From contig NC_135255.1 in the NCBI RefSeq assembly GCF_964204865.1, positions 12,586,001 to 12,650,000 of the forward strand: DNA of 64,000 bases. Direction: 5' to 3'. Below are positions 40,632 to 52,200 of the stretch, in pieces (position 1 is the first letter of the stretch; every line of letters begins with the position of its first letter). The notes under the pieces are model-generated. The model did no database searches. It worked only from the letters and a program-made list of their open reading frames with translations, and was not told the origin of the DNA. The position numbers were made by a program, and so were the translations under genes. The DNA is from Styela clava (Eukaryota).

Positions 40632-42977
40632 TCATTTCTTCAGCCCTCCACCACCAGCTTGCAATGTTTTACCAGCTCCACTTAGAACAATATAAGGACT
40701 TGCTTCGCTTTGTAATTTTTCTTTCATCATTGCTACTGTGTTAAGTGGTGTATCAGTCGAACTCATTTTCAACATCATATCTTCTTCTCCTTTCTTTTTT
40801 TGTCGTTTTTCGAGTTTCATTTTACCCGATCCTTTGCCGTGAAACCTGTGAGATAATTTTCTGAAAGCTTCTTTTGGATTCATTAATCGACCTCCTTCAT
40901 CAACATACTCGATAGTTACTTTAGGTTTATAATTTTTCTTTTCTTCAAAATCCATTACAATTCCACGATCGTAGCGATTACTACGGTCTTTCGAGTATTT
41001 TTCGTGAGCGTATTTATCCAAATGATCAACTGCGTTTTTGTCTTCAATGGAATAGTTTGCAGAAAGCAGGTCAATATTTTTACTAGTTATTGTGACTGAG
41101 CTTTTTGGTTTTTCTTCCATCAGGTAACCCTTTCTCGTGGCTAGTTTTAGTGCACCGGCTAAGCCGCCTACAGCAAGAGGCTCGGCTTCAATAGGTGCAT
41201 GTCTATCATCGACAGGTTCTGCCTGTGTAACTGGCTTAACTTTGGCTTTATCGTTCACAAAATTCCATCCTGACGTAACTTCTTCTTCTTCTTCATCTTC
41301 CACGTCCATATCAACGCTGTCGTCCATGGAAGTCTCTTCCATAGGCACTTCTTTAATAACATTCAAATCTGAGGCGGTTCCGAGCTGACGACAAAATTCA
41401 TCAGTTGAATTTAAAGATATAGTTGTAGAATAATTGGCCATTGGATTTTCAAATGAAACTTTATTTAAAAGGTCTAAATGTTCGACGACTTTACTGGCAC
41501 CGACATCCTCAGTAACCATGTTTGATTTAACCTGTTTTGCCCGTCTTGCTTTGTCCAATGCTTTTTGAAGTTCATTACTGGCATCATCCTCGTCAAAAAT
41601 GACATTTTTCTTCGAATTCATTAAAGTTGTAGATGTTATACTTGTGTCATCCACTTTTGCAGATTCAATACCTTCATCCCATCCAGGTATATTTCCTCGT
41701 TGATTTCGACTTCTAGAACCAAAATCAGATGATGTTGAACTACCCGGTAGAGGTTGTAGATCGTCTGGTTTTAGATCACGTTTTCTTACTTTTCGCACTT
41801 TCTTTTTTCGTTTTTTGAACTTTGTCATTTCCTCTTCAGTCAAATATTCAGATGCAATTTTGAGTTGAGGGAGTGCTAAGCTGACTCCTTTAGCTTTAAT
41901 TTCATTTTTCATCATCATTTTTTGTTGTTCCCAAGTCGTATCAACTTTTCCATAATTACCGATAGTAAATTTCTCTTGCTTGATTCCTTCAATTTCTTCA
42001 TCATATTTCGAAAGCATAGACTTTTGTTTAAAAAATCCCATTTCATCAACCTCTTCCTCATCATAAGCTTTGTATCCAGAACCTTTGGACTTCACGTCCA
42101 AATTTCGTTTTGCTTTTTCAGTATCAACCAAGTTTACACCAACAAGAACATCATCCTTATCTTCTTCAAGTATATTTTTATCTTCGAGAGTCAAAATTTC
42201 TGATCTTCCTTCTTTGAACATTTCTAAGGAGTGTTTTACAGTAATGCCTTGCAAATCACGAGATGTGTATGAGTCTTTCTTTACATCGGCAAATTCATTG
42301 TCTATTAAACCACCAATACCAAATTCTGCATCCATTTTAGCCATTTCTTGTTCTCGTTTTTCAGCCACCTTTTTTTGTTTTTCCATTTTTCTACTTCTTT
42401 CTACCCAAGATACCGCATCATTTTCATCTTCATTTTCTTCTCCCAAAGTCTTGATTTTCCCCATTTTTTTGTTTAAGTTTCTTTTTTCTTTAATGGCTCG
42501 TAGTTTTTCTCTAATATCATCCTGTTTTTTCTTTTCCCACAAATCTTCAGCAGGAGCATGAACAAATTCTTCTTTCTTTGATTCGGTTGCATTACCGGAA
42601 GATCCACCGACGTCGAGAGGTTTGAGTCCCAGTTTTAACCTCAACTTATTTGTTTCTTCAATACTGAGTGAGTCACCTTCGCCATTAGCTGATGTTGGAG
42701 TGGGTTCAGCATGATGTTGTCTTGACTTACCATTACGTTCAGATTCCAACTTTTGGGGGGATTCAGAATCTCGATCTCGTTCACTTTGTTTCTTGTGTTT
42801 TTTCTTATGTTTTTTTTGTTTAGAATATGATTTTTCTGTTTCTACATCGTCATGACGTCTTCTTTTTTTTTCTTCTGGACTATGACTTTCATCTCTCTCT
42901 TCATCATCATATGCAGGACTTGAACGCTTGTGCTTTCGATGTTTATGGTCTTTCTTATGCTTTTTAGATGATCCCAT
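40632..42977 (-). CDS. SART1: U4/U6.U5 tri-snRNP-associated protein 1 (Snu66), 781 aa, intronless CDS
   Basis: MGSSKKHK start; HIND motif SLSIEETNKLRLKLGLKPL; C-terminal PKEAFRKLSHRFHGKGSGKMKLEKR and MSSTDTPLNT...PYIVLSG. Confidence 0.97.
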   Translation of the reverse strand: MGSSKKHKKDHKHRKHKRSSPAYDDEERDESHSPEEKKRRRHDDVETEKSYSKQKKHKKKHKKQSERDRDSESPQKLESERNGKSRQHHAEPTPTSANGEGDSLSIEETNKLRLKLGLKPLDVGGSSGNATESKKEEFVHAPAEDLWEKKKQDDIREKLRAIKEKRNLNKKMGKIKTLGEENEDENDAVSWVERSRKMEKQKKVAEKREQEMAKMDAEFGIGGLIDNEFADVKKDSYTSRDLQGITVKHSLEMFKEGRSEILTLEDKNILEEDKDDVLVGVNLVDTEKAKRNLDVKSKGSGYKAYDEEEVDEMGFFKQKSMLSKYDEEIEGIKQEKFTIGNYGKVDTTWEQQKMMMKNEIKAKGVSLALPQLKIASEYLTEEEMTKFKKRKKKVRKVRKRDLKPDDLQPLPGSSTSSDFGSRSRNQRGNIPGWDEGIESAKVDDTSITSTTLMNSKKNVIFDEDDASNELQKALDKARRAKQVKSNMVTEDVGASKVVEHLDLLNKVSFENPMANYSTTISLNSTDEFCRQLGTASDLNVIKEVPMEETSMDDSVDMDVEDEEEEEVTSGWNFVNDKAKVKPVTQAEPVDDRHAPIEAEPLAVGGLAGALKLATRKGYLMEEKPKSSVTITSKNIDLLSANYSIEDKNAVDHLDKYAHEKYSKDRSNRYDRGIVMDFEEKKNYKPKVTIEYVDEGGRLMNPKEAFRKLSHRFHGKGSGKMKLEKRQKKKGEEDMMLKMSSTDTPLNTVAMMKEKLQSEASPYIVLSGAGKTLQAGGGGLKK

Positions 42978-43003
42978 CGTATTTATTATAATTAAGAATT
43001 AAC

Positions 43004-43034
43004 CTGTAAATATTAAAGTAACAGTTCGTTTATT
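43004..43034 (-). promoter_or_regulatory. C1orf131 poly(A) signal abutting a candidate SART1 trans-splice acceptor
   Basis: AATAAA at 43034-43029; tttacag acceptor with AG at 43005-43004, 26 nt upstream of the SART1 ATG. Confidence 0.6.
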
Positions 43035-44102
43035 CAATTAAGGCTAGGCCACATATGGATAGTAAATCAAAAATGTAATACATACATCAATGACGTACCA
43101 AATTCAACAGTATTACAATGCATTTTTTTTTAATATGCCCAACAAAGTTTTTAACATTCGCATGAAATTGTTATATTCGGCAACAGGTCTCAAATCGATG
43201 ATATCATTTTGTTGGGCGAAGTTTCCATCAAAATGAATGAATATTCAATTTCAATATTATTGATATACTTTAAAATTGTGAAATAACCATTCACAAAACT
43301 TGCCGTCTCGTTCCATGCATTAATTTATTTCCTTTTTTTATACTTGAAAATCTGAGAATTTATTGACATTACAACAAATAGATGCTAGTTCAACTCATTT
43401 GGTCCAAAGTTAAACATGATAATATACAGTGTTTTTGTATGAAACCAATACAAATGAAAATCATTGGAATAACATTAATCGTTCCACGTTGATTCATTTT
43501 TGTATACTACACTTGTAAAAGAGTATAATTATATGTTAGTTCACTGATCAACTACACATTCCTCAAACTTGCAAAAGTATCAATAGAAATGCAGTATGGT
43601 ACAGTTCTCCAATTTCAAGAATAACCCCAACATTAGAAGACATCAATTATACCAGTGAATGCAAACCGCTCCTTTATGAGACAGTCTGGGCCTCCATATC
43701 GCCAAACTGGCACTGTGCAAATAAACTGAAGGATACACAATCTGAAAATGTCACCATTGACCATTGGATTCCCAAAAATAATACAATTTACCAAAAAAAA
43801 AAAATTTTACTGTAGGATTCAAGAGTTTTTAGCAAAAAAATGTTGACAGAAATATTTTGGTCACATGATGGCAGACACACGTAAAATTATTATCGAGACA
43901 AGCATGGCGCAAATTACCGCCGTACCAGACACCCTCGTTACAGAGACAAATAGAGTGTTAGTTTTATTGAACCAAATATAGACAGATCTTGGCATCAGGA
44001 GACTGTGCTCTATTGGAAATGACTTTCATGATCTATATCTGAGAATTGGTTTAAAATGTAATGCATCAAGTCAATGGGAAATATCAAAATAAGCAGAATT
44101 TA

Positions 44103-44807
44103 TTATCGGCGCCTGTTTACAGATTTAATATCTTTTGATGAAAGTTTTAAAACTCCATCCTTATATTTTCCAATTTGCGGATTCAAACTTTTATCGCCTT
44201 GTTTCCAGAATTTCGGCATGCCACTCGTCTTTTCTTTATATTCGGTTCTATTGTTCGACAATATATTATTGCCAGAACTTGTATCTTGTTTCAATCTTTT
44301 TTGTTCTTCCATGAGAATTTTATAATTAACATATTTCCGTTTTGTCGGTTTTGCTCCAAGTTTTATTGCTCTTTTTCTTTCATGTTCTCTCTGTTCTTCT
44401 TTCGAAAATGCCTTCATTCCAAACGAGCCAACGCTGAATTTTAATTTTTCTAAAACTTCCGAAGAATTTAGTCTTTCATTTGTATATTTAGACTTTGGAA
44501 TATTGAACTGTGAGTCTGTACCAACAATAGTTGGTGATGCTTTTTTTATTTCCGGTTCTTCATTTTTAGTTTTTTTACTTTTAAATATGACAATTTCAAC
44601 TTCCTTTTTTAATTTATTATCATTTTCCTCTTTCGTCATCACCGTGGATGGAATTATGGGGGTATTGGGTTGTGTTTCTTTAGGCTGTGTTTCACCTAAA
44701 AATTCTGAAGCATATTTATCCAAAATACTTAAAATTTTATCATTATCTGCTTCCTTCATGGACACTTTGTCCTTTATTTCCATCTTATGGCGCCTACGTT
44801 TAGTCAT
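44103..44807 (-). CDS. C1orf131: C1orf131/FSAF1 homolog (DUF4602; SSU processome assembly factor), 234 aa, intronless CDS
   Basis: ERKRAIKLGAKPTKRKYVNYKIL and QIGKYKDGVLKLSSKDIKSV match recalled DUF4602 motifs; acceptor tttttcag at 44824-44823, 15 nt before the ATG. Confidence 0.9.
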   Translation of the reverse strand: MTKRRRHKMEIKDKVSMKEADNDKILSILDKYASEFLGETQPKETQPNTPIIPSTVMTKEENDNKLKKEVEIVIFKSKKTKNEEPEIKKASPTIVGTDSQFNIPKSKYTNERLNSSEVLEKLKFSVGSFGMKAFSKEEQREHERKRAIKLGAKPTKRKYVNYKILMEEQKRLKQDTSSGNNILSNNRTEYKEKTSGMPKFWKQGDKSLNPQIGKYKDGVLKLSSKDIKSVNRRR

Positions 44808-45135
44808 TTTCGCGATTCAAGCCTGAAAAATAAGAGAAACAGTACCGTAAATGATATGAAATTAGATGATACATTTTTGTTATAAATTGATTTCAAAATT
44901 TGTCTGTATGTCACTTGTGCACATAAATTTGTGTGTTTCCATGCCACTGGAGCCCTTTAAAAATCGAAATTTACACCACTGCGACATACAGGTACCCTAC
45001 TGCCCTCTTGAAGCGTTGCACTAGAAAGTACCGTAGTCCTGTAGTTGAGCTGTCCGCCTCCCGTGCAGAGCACTGTACTGAGCAGCGGGCCCCCATACTG
45101 AAGTATGTATTCAGCTATCCCTAGTCCTTTTACAC

Positions 45136-45818
45136 CATTCGTTTTCAAACTGGGGTCCGCGGTCGCTTAGGGGTCCGTGAAGCGATTTTAGGGAGACCGC
45201 GAGACAGCGTTAATCTCGGCACAGAAGCACTTTGATCTGAAGTAAAGTTTTGATGTCTTGCTTTTACAGTGTTTCTACAAAGCATGACACGCTCTAACAA
45301 AGACATTATTACTGTGTTACGTAACAAATGTTGGGGAAAGTGGCAAGTACCGTAAATCGGAGTGTGTGGTTTATGGAAGGCGCGCGCATCTGATTAAAAA
45401 TAAGACCCGCGGCCCGCCATAAAAAATAAATTTAGATATAACAATTCATATGTGAAATTTGGTTTTGCTGTGATAGTTCTGGAGGAAAAAAAGACCATAG
45501 TTGGACCGTCCAATCCCGATGTCACTAAAACTGCTTCATTCCATTTGCAACAACTTACGAATGTGCGGGCATCTTTTTCTATGTTACTCACTATTAAAAC
45601 AAGATATGAGAGTTGCATTATCCAAAACAGAACCCAAGGTAGACTAACTAGTGGGAGCTGAGCAGGCGCACACATCTCATTGAACACTCTTAATGTCATT
45701 CAATAGATGAATGCTTGATATACTGCGTTGTTATAATTTCTTTGGTGGACCACGAGTCATCAGAAAAATTGAAAGGGAACCGTTATGCATTATTTTTCAA
45801 AAAGTTCGAGAACCACTG
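45136..45818. mobile_element. hAT (Charlie-like) non-autonomous element
   Basis: CATTCGTTTTCAAACTGGGGTCCGCGG... left end and GTTCGAGAACCACTG right end. Confidence 0.5.
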
Positions 45819-47896
45819 TTCTACACAATCCGTAGCCTGGTGGTAGGTACCTACTACAGCTACAATCGTGACAATCAATCAGCCGTTCACCTACACAGTG
45901 TCACCGTCTACATTAGGTTGTGGTAACGTGTATTTGAGCTTGAGACAAAACAATAAAATTTACAACATCACATTTTAGGATTTAGTTTCGCTCACGATGA
46001 ACTGTCATTCACACAAAAAACTGAAATATATTTATCTGCACCAAAGTGACTAGCCTATAGTCATTTTGATTTGCACTCCTGCTTGTCAAAAAAACGGAGT
46101 CATGCTGCTCGGAGTCCTGAATCCCTCTGTGATCAGCACCGGTGTGCATTTGGTGATGAAATATAAAAAAAATATTCACGAAAATTGACCCACGCCTCTC
46201 AGTCCAGATCAGTAGTGAAAGCAATTTAGTGTTTTTCAGTTTATGTTGAAAATGTTGATTCTGACCGCCATGTATCTGTTTATGGAAATCTGAACTGAGA
46301 CACCGAGGGTTGTGAAATTTCTGTTCCGGTTTCAACTCCATTAATGGCAAAAAATATCCGATCCCGAATCCACATATTGTGTTTTATTATGTAACAATTA
46401 TTCCATATATACATATGTTAACTTCGTCATGGAGGGTTTTTATTTTGTCAAATTTTATATACGATAAAAATATTATTAACTGTGAAAAAAGTATTGCAAC
46501 TAAAAATGGTAAACTGTTAATCCGCATGATGAAGAGGTGGAAATTTACAAAAAGCTCGTTTTTTAAGTGCAATGATATTTACGTAATATTGTGTTTATAT
46601 AAATGTGATGTTTTTATTATAGTAAAAAAATCCACAGCCCTGGATATAGAAAATAGACAAAAATCGATGTAAAAGATCAAGCTGAGTACGTAAAACTTTA
46701 ACAGCTTATGTTTCGTGAGTATACACAAGTGGATACATAAAAGTCATTTCGTTTTGTAGTGACTTTATGAGTGTGGGTTGTGCTATGCAGTGGTTCTAAA
46801 CATTTGCAAGCCTTCCGAACACCTGGGCTATTCTGCAAGCCAGTATGTTCCCCAGCTTTTCATTTTAGGGGGGGGGGGGTGTTTCGAAGTTTAGGGGGTG
46901 GAAAATAATTTGCTATTGCGATGAAACTATTTGTACTTTCAAAAAATTGGTATGTATTTAAGAAACAATGTACATGAGGGGGCTCCCAAGTTGATTGACG
47001 GCGAGCCAAAATACACAGCAGAATAAAAATGTAGGGCCAGAAAAGGCGAGCGAAAAGTGCGCGACGACACGGCTGGGGTTCACGGCTGAAAATTTTGAGA
47101 AATAGGCACCAAAATAGGTTCTAAGCTTGATTTTAGATACATCTAGCATCGCAGTTTGTTATGTAATGAAATTAATAATTATAATATTTAGCTGATAGAA
47201 TTCCCGAGGAATAAATAACAAGCCCGGCTTTCAGCAAGTAATTTACGACTTATAGTGACTAATGAAGTTACCTGCTCATCTAGCATATGGCATCGTATGA
47301 ATGGCTACTTATGGCTTGTTTTGTTACACATTTCACATTTTTTGAACATGATCGTTTGACTTTTGTACGAATCAAGCGATGAATTAAATTTCGAAATACG
47401 CGCGTCAACTGATCATAATGGCGCATAATGTTGTATTCCTTCAGAACTGAAATTTTAGGGGGTGTGTTCACCCCCTATAGGGGGGGGGGGTGTTCACTGC
47501 TGCATTCTTCTGCCGAACCTCATATTATTGAACATTTCAATTAGCGCAATCGGAAACTTATAATAAGTAACCTAATTTTTTGTTATATATCAGTGGTTCC
47601 TACCCTAGAGGATTTTAGCACTCGTGACCTCTTGTTCACCATCTCAAAAATACGAGCATGCGTTGCGCCGTAAATATATACTACTGCGGTTGCGCACATT
47701 CTAGATAGGCCATCTCGATTTACTTTGATAAAAGCAAAGTAATTGTCGTTCTATTTTCGTTTCTTGGGAATATTAGGAATTTAGAAATATTTTCTACGTC
47801 TACCTTGCAGTCATGTGAAACTTTCGTTATATGTAGACAAGGTTCGACCGGTATCTTTAGGTCAAATGGCCTGCCGACCTACTACAAAGCTTAGAA

Positions 47897-48240
47897 TTAG
47901 GATAGGATTTACATATTTATCTCGGGGGAGAGAAAAGCCGATAAGACGGCTTATCCATATGGCGAACCACGGCCTCTCGTCCGGTTACCATTCCAAGTCG
48001 GGTATGGGATTAATTTTACTGTATTGTTTGTTTTCGGAAGCATGGACTTGGTGGTGGAGGAAGCCGTAACCGACCAGCGGTTACGTGAACCACCCAACGA
48101 CAGGAAGGAGTCCAGCAATCCTCTTGCACATAACCATCCTTACATGGGATTCGAACCTGCGAACCCACGCAGAGTAATTAGATGTGCGGTGGCGAGCGTA
48201 TTCTTAACGCTTAGCCCGCTGAGCCACACCACCGCGCCGC
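47897..48240 (-). mobile_element. tRNA-derived SINE
   Basis: Minus-strand Pol III A box TGGCTCAGCGG and B box GGTTCGAATCC, unique body, ATCCT-repeat tail; a tail fragment recurs at ~29461-29500. Confidence 0.8.
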
Positions 48241-49259
48241 GCCAATTTGCGGAGCAAAGTGGCATTCATAATGTTATTTTGATTTGTAAATCCCAAGTCC
48301 CATTATAACCCAACAATTCATGCACGAGAAAGTGAAAACACCATGTGAAATGAAATGAAACTAGTTAGACCGGAAGCATAAAGTATGCAGAGAAAATTGC
48401 ATAAAAATCAATTTTGACACCGGTATCGTAGCCCCTTCCAACTGTTCTGTGGCAGTCAATAATAGTCATTGTTGCGTCTAATGATTTTTTTCAGTGCGAA
48501 TTCTGCAACGAAATGTTCTTTGCCACAAATTTATCACTTGCTGAAGTGTTTCGTTAGGATTTTGAATGGTTGTTCCCTATGACTCAGCGCATACCGTAAC
48601 TGCGCGTCTTCAACTATCCGTTTACAAGTATCTAGTTAAAACGTGTAAAATCTTGGTTGTGTATTATATTTTTCAAATAAAACGATGACGACAAAATCAA
48701 TACGAAGATGCGATAAAACAGTAAAATAACTTAACTCAAAACGAGGCAGGAAGCTTGTTTATTACGGTTGAGTTGTTTGCGGTCTGAAGGTTAAGCGTCG
48801 AGTACCCAAATATCGGAACATAATTATCAAATCGTGGCAAATACGTCGCGCGACCAATCAACGCTTGAGCGCTCGTCATAGAGAAGTACATAAAAATCTT
48901 ACGATACCTGTGGCGATATTATATATGATTTTTTGATGAAGTCTGCTGACATGAAAAGTTGTAACCGCCAATGACAGAGCTACTAAAACTTAAATCTGAG
49001 CGAGTTATTTAAACGTGTAAGTTTGTATATCTGATATGAACTATTGATATTTTTTCATAATTGGAAGGCTGGGTAACAGAGAAATTTCCTGATATAGAAC
49101 TGCTTCAAAGGACCTTTTTCGAAACCCTGGAACAGCTCAACCGAGCCCCAGGGGTTAGATCGAATCCAGGTTAAAGTAGACCGTACTATAATTTCGCAGA
49201 GCAGAAATATAATCGCTATATTTTTGAAATAGATCACATAGTTTACTAATATTTCAGAC

Positions 49260-52200
49260 ATGCTTCAAAATCGGCACCAGTACGGTAAGGAATTAGCTAA
49301 TCACTGAGTTTGCTGAAAAGATCAGTGGACAAGTGTGGAACGTATTCCCCTATTCTATAAAAAAGTTTATTATTGAATTAAAATAGAACATCTTAATTTT
49401 GGTTATATTCATATACTTTCTCCTCCTCTTAAAATTAGTTGAAAAATAGAAGTAGCCTTATAGCGACCTTATAGCGAATCATATTTAAGAACCAAAAATT
49501 GAAATCAATTAGGTCATATGTTGCCTGTAAAACCGATTTTTAACAACCACAATTGAGCAAACGATCCAAGTCACTCCTCGTTCAAAAAGCGACGTCAAAG
49601 TCTTAAATACTAATATCATACTACGTTTTTAAATGAAATAATAAAATAAACTTGTTTGACATGTCCAAACATGCCTTCACTGTCGACGTGCCTAAAATAG
49701 CCGTAAATATTTCCAAAAATGATGAATTAACAAGAATAAAAAAATAATGGGTAATGTATGGGAAATTGTTTGCAAATTTTATCCAGTGTACTCAATGCCA
49801 AAGTTAGGTTGCTGGAGATTTTTGAGAATTTGAAACCGCAGAAAAAGGTTCAAATTGGATTGTCCTTTCATCTCAGAGCATTAAAAACAATCAATGGCGA
49901 GACTTGCTTTACAGTGGATTGGCGTTATTTGGCTGATGTGCGCCACAAGAAACGTTGAATTGCGATGACAAGCCTTTATTTAGCAAGACAGAATGTGGCA
50001 GTATTGATTAGGACCATCGCTCGTGTGGCGACATAATTTTTTTTTATCTTACCTTCAGTTTACCTTTATCTTACACATGCTAGCATTCAGAAATATACTG
50101 ATCGACGGGATGAAGGGGTAAGAATTTTTTTTTTGTCTGACTTGGCGATGTTTCAAACCATTTCAATACTATGAAATATATATGTTTGAATATATTTAAT
50201 ATACGTATCATAGGTAAATATTTTGAAAGATTTTCATTAAAGTTTGATAGCATTGGTGTTGGAGTACGTGAAAAAGTTTTCTTTGTAGATCTAATCAATG
50301 GGAAGTAAATTGATAGAATAAAACAAAGATTATGAATTGTATGGTGTTCTCATATTGTACAGTAAACAATCAAACGACGGGGCCTCTTACAAGGAATTTG
50401 AATTCGCAGCTGTAGTATGTAACAATTCGATTTCAAGCACGGTGGGAAAGGATATTCTTGCCGAGGGAGGTTCCGTTGTCGATGCTGCGATTGCGTCTAT
50501 GTTAACACTTGGTGTGATATCGCTTCAAAGGTAATTCAAAATTTTACTTGTGACATATTAAAAAACAGTTCAACAGTATAATTGTTAAAATTCAAAAAAA
50601 TGCCGTTATGGAATGGAGTAAAAAAACCAAGATTTTTGTAATTTTTTGTAAACTTCTCAATTTCATGTTTACTATGTCGATATTTCATCATATATAATAG
50701 TGCCGGTATCGGAGGCGGATGTATCATGATTTACTACGATGCAGAATCTGGAAACGAATATTCTATTGATGGAAGGTCGATCGCTCCTTTGGCATTAACA
50801 AATGGCAAATTTTATGTAGACAACGAGTATGGGCAAACGTACGGTGAGTGTTAATCGGTTTCATATTCTGAAATCGGTTTTTATTTTACGTAAACTGTCT
50901 GAGATGACGAGAAGTACAGCAATCCATTCGCATAACCATCTCGCGCTGATGAATATATGCTTGTTAATAAGCCGTAACAAAATCGTGCAGAAATATCCAA
51001 TATTTTTCGCTACTCCAGGCTTGTTTTTAGGGTTTGAAGAAAGAGTGCCAGAAGGTACTTTCGTTATTTCTTATTTTAGGGAAATCCTCCATCGGAATTC
51101 CCGGCGAAATTCTAGGATTCTGGGAAGCTCATAGGATGTTTGGAAAACTACCATGGTCACGCGTATTTGAGCCCGCAATTCTAGTAGCTGAAAAAGGGTT
51201 TAAAATGACTTCGTCCACAGAAAACTGGCTGGACCTCATGATGCCATTGGTGCAAGAGAACAAACGGTTGAAGTAAGACATTTTATTTGAATTCCAACCA
51301 AATGCAGAAGGATAGACTAATTGATTCAACAAGTGGCCATATTTTATCACATTTTCAGAATAACTCTTTCTATAAAACAGAGCACAGAAATATCAATTCA
51401 TGTTCATTCTTTCAAACTTTTCCACAATTGACGGAAGAAATCGTGGATGCAAAAAGTAATAGACAATACAGGACAAGAATTAGAGGCCATAATAATATCA
51501 GAAATTGTTTGTTTTAATAAAAATAAGCACTGGGCTTATGGGCAAACAAAAAACTTATAATTGTTTAAAAATGGTTTATTTTAGAAAATTTCTCCAACGT
51601 TCAGATGGAACATTTAAAAGAGCTGGAGATATAATAACACGGCTGACCTTAGCTGTAACTCTTCGTACAATAGCAACAGAAGGAGCTGATGCCTTTTATA
51701 ACGGAAGTTTGACTCAATTGATATTAGATGATATACACGATGGGTTCGGATTTCCGTCTGTGATCGAAAAGAAAGATTTCACTCAATATAGGTCTGTCGT
51801 ACAATGGATGTTTGTTTCCAGAATTAAATTTTGTTATACGTTTAAATGGTTATAAAATTAATATAGTTCGGTACCCGAATATTTTGATATCAAATTAAGT
51901 CATGCGTAAATATCAGCTAGTATTGTGCTTTACATCAGGGTGTGCAACTTTTAATACAGGAGGATCAGATACAAATGACTTGGTGAAACTGCAACATATT
52001 ATAGGCAACATATAGGCCTTCTGATAGTTACAGGAACAATTTTGGTTTTTGCGGGCCGCATTTGGCCCGCGGGCCGCAGGTTGCACATCCCTGCTTTACA
52101 TAAACCATAAATTTAATGTTTCGAAAAATGCCTCAAATCTTTTTTGGACTACACAATGTGTCTGATAAAATAGTAAATACTGTGCATTTAGGGCTGGGAA

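Noticed and set aside
43600-43745. LINE RT C-terminal remnant (YTSECKPLLYETVW...NKLKDTQ)
   Set aside because: Resemblance too weak to support without a profile search.
41137-44826. Plus-strand ORFs overlapping SART1 and C1orf131
   Set aside because: Low-complexity Ser/Phe-rich antisense shadows of Lys/Glu-rich genes.
48130-48240. tRNA gene
   Set aside because: A-B box spacing is too long, no cloverleaf is evident, and it continues into a SINE body and tail.
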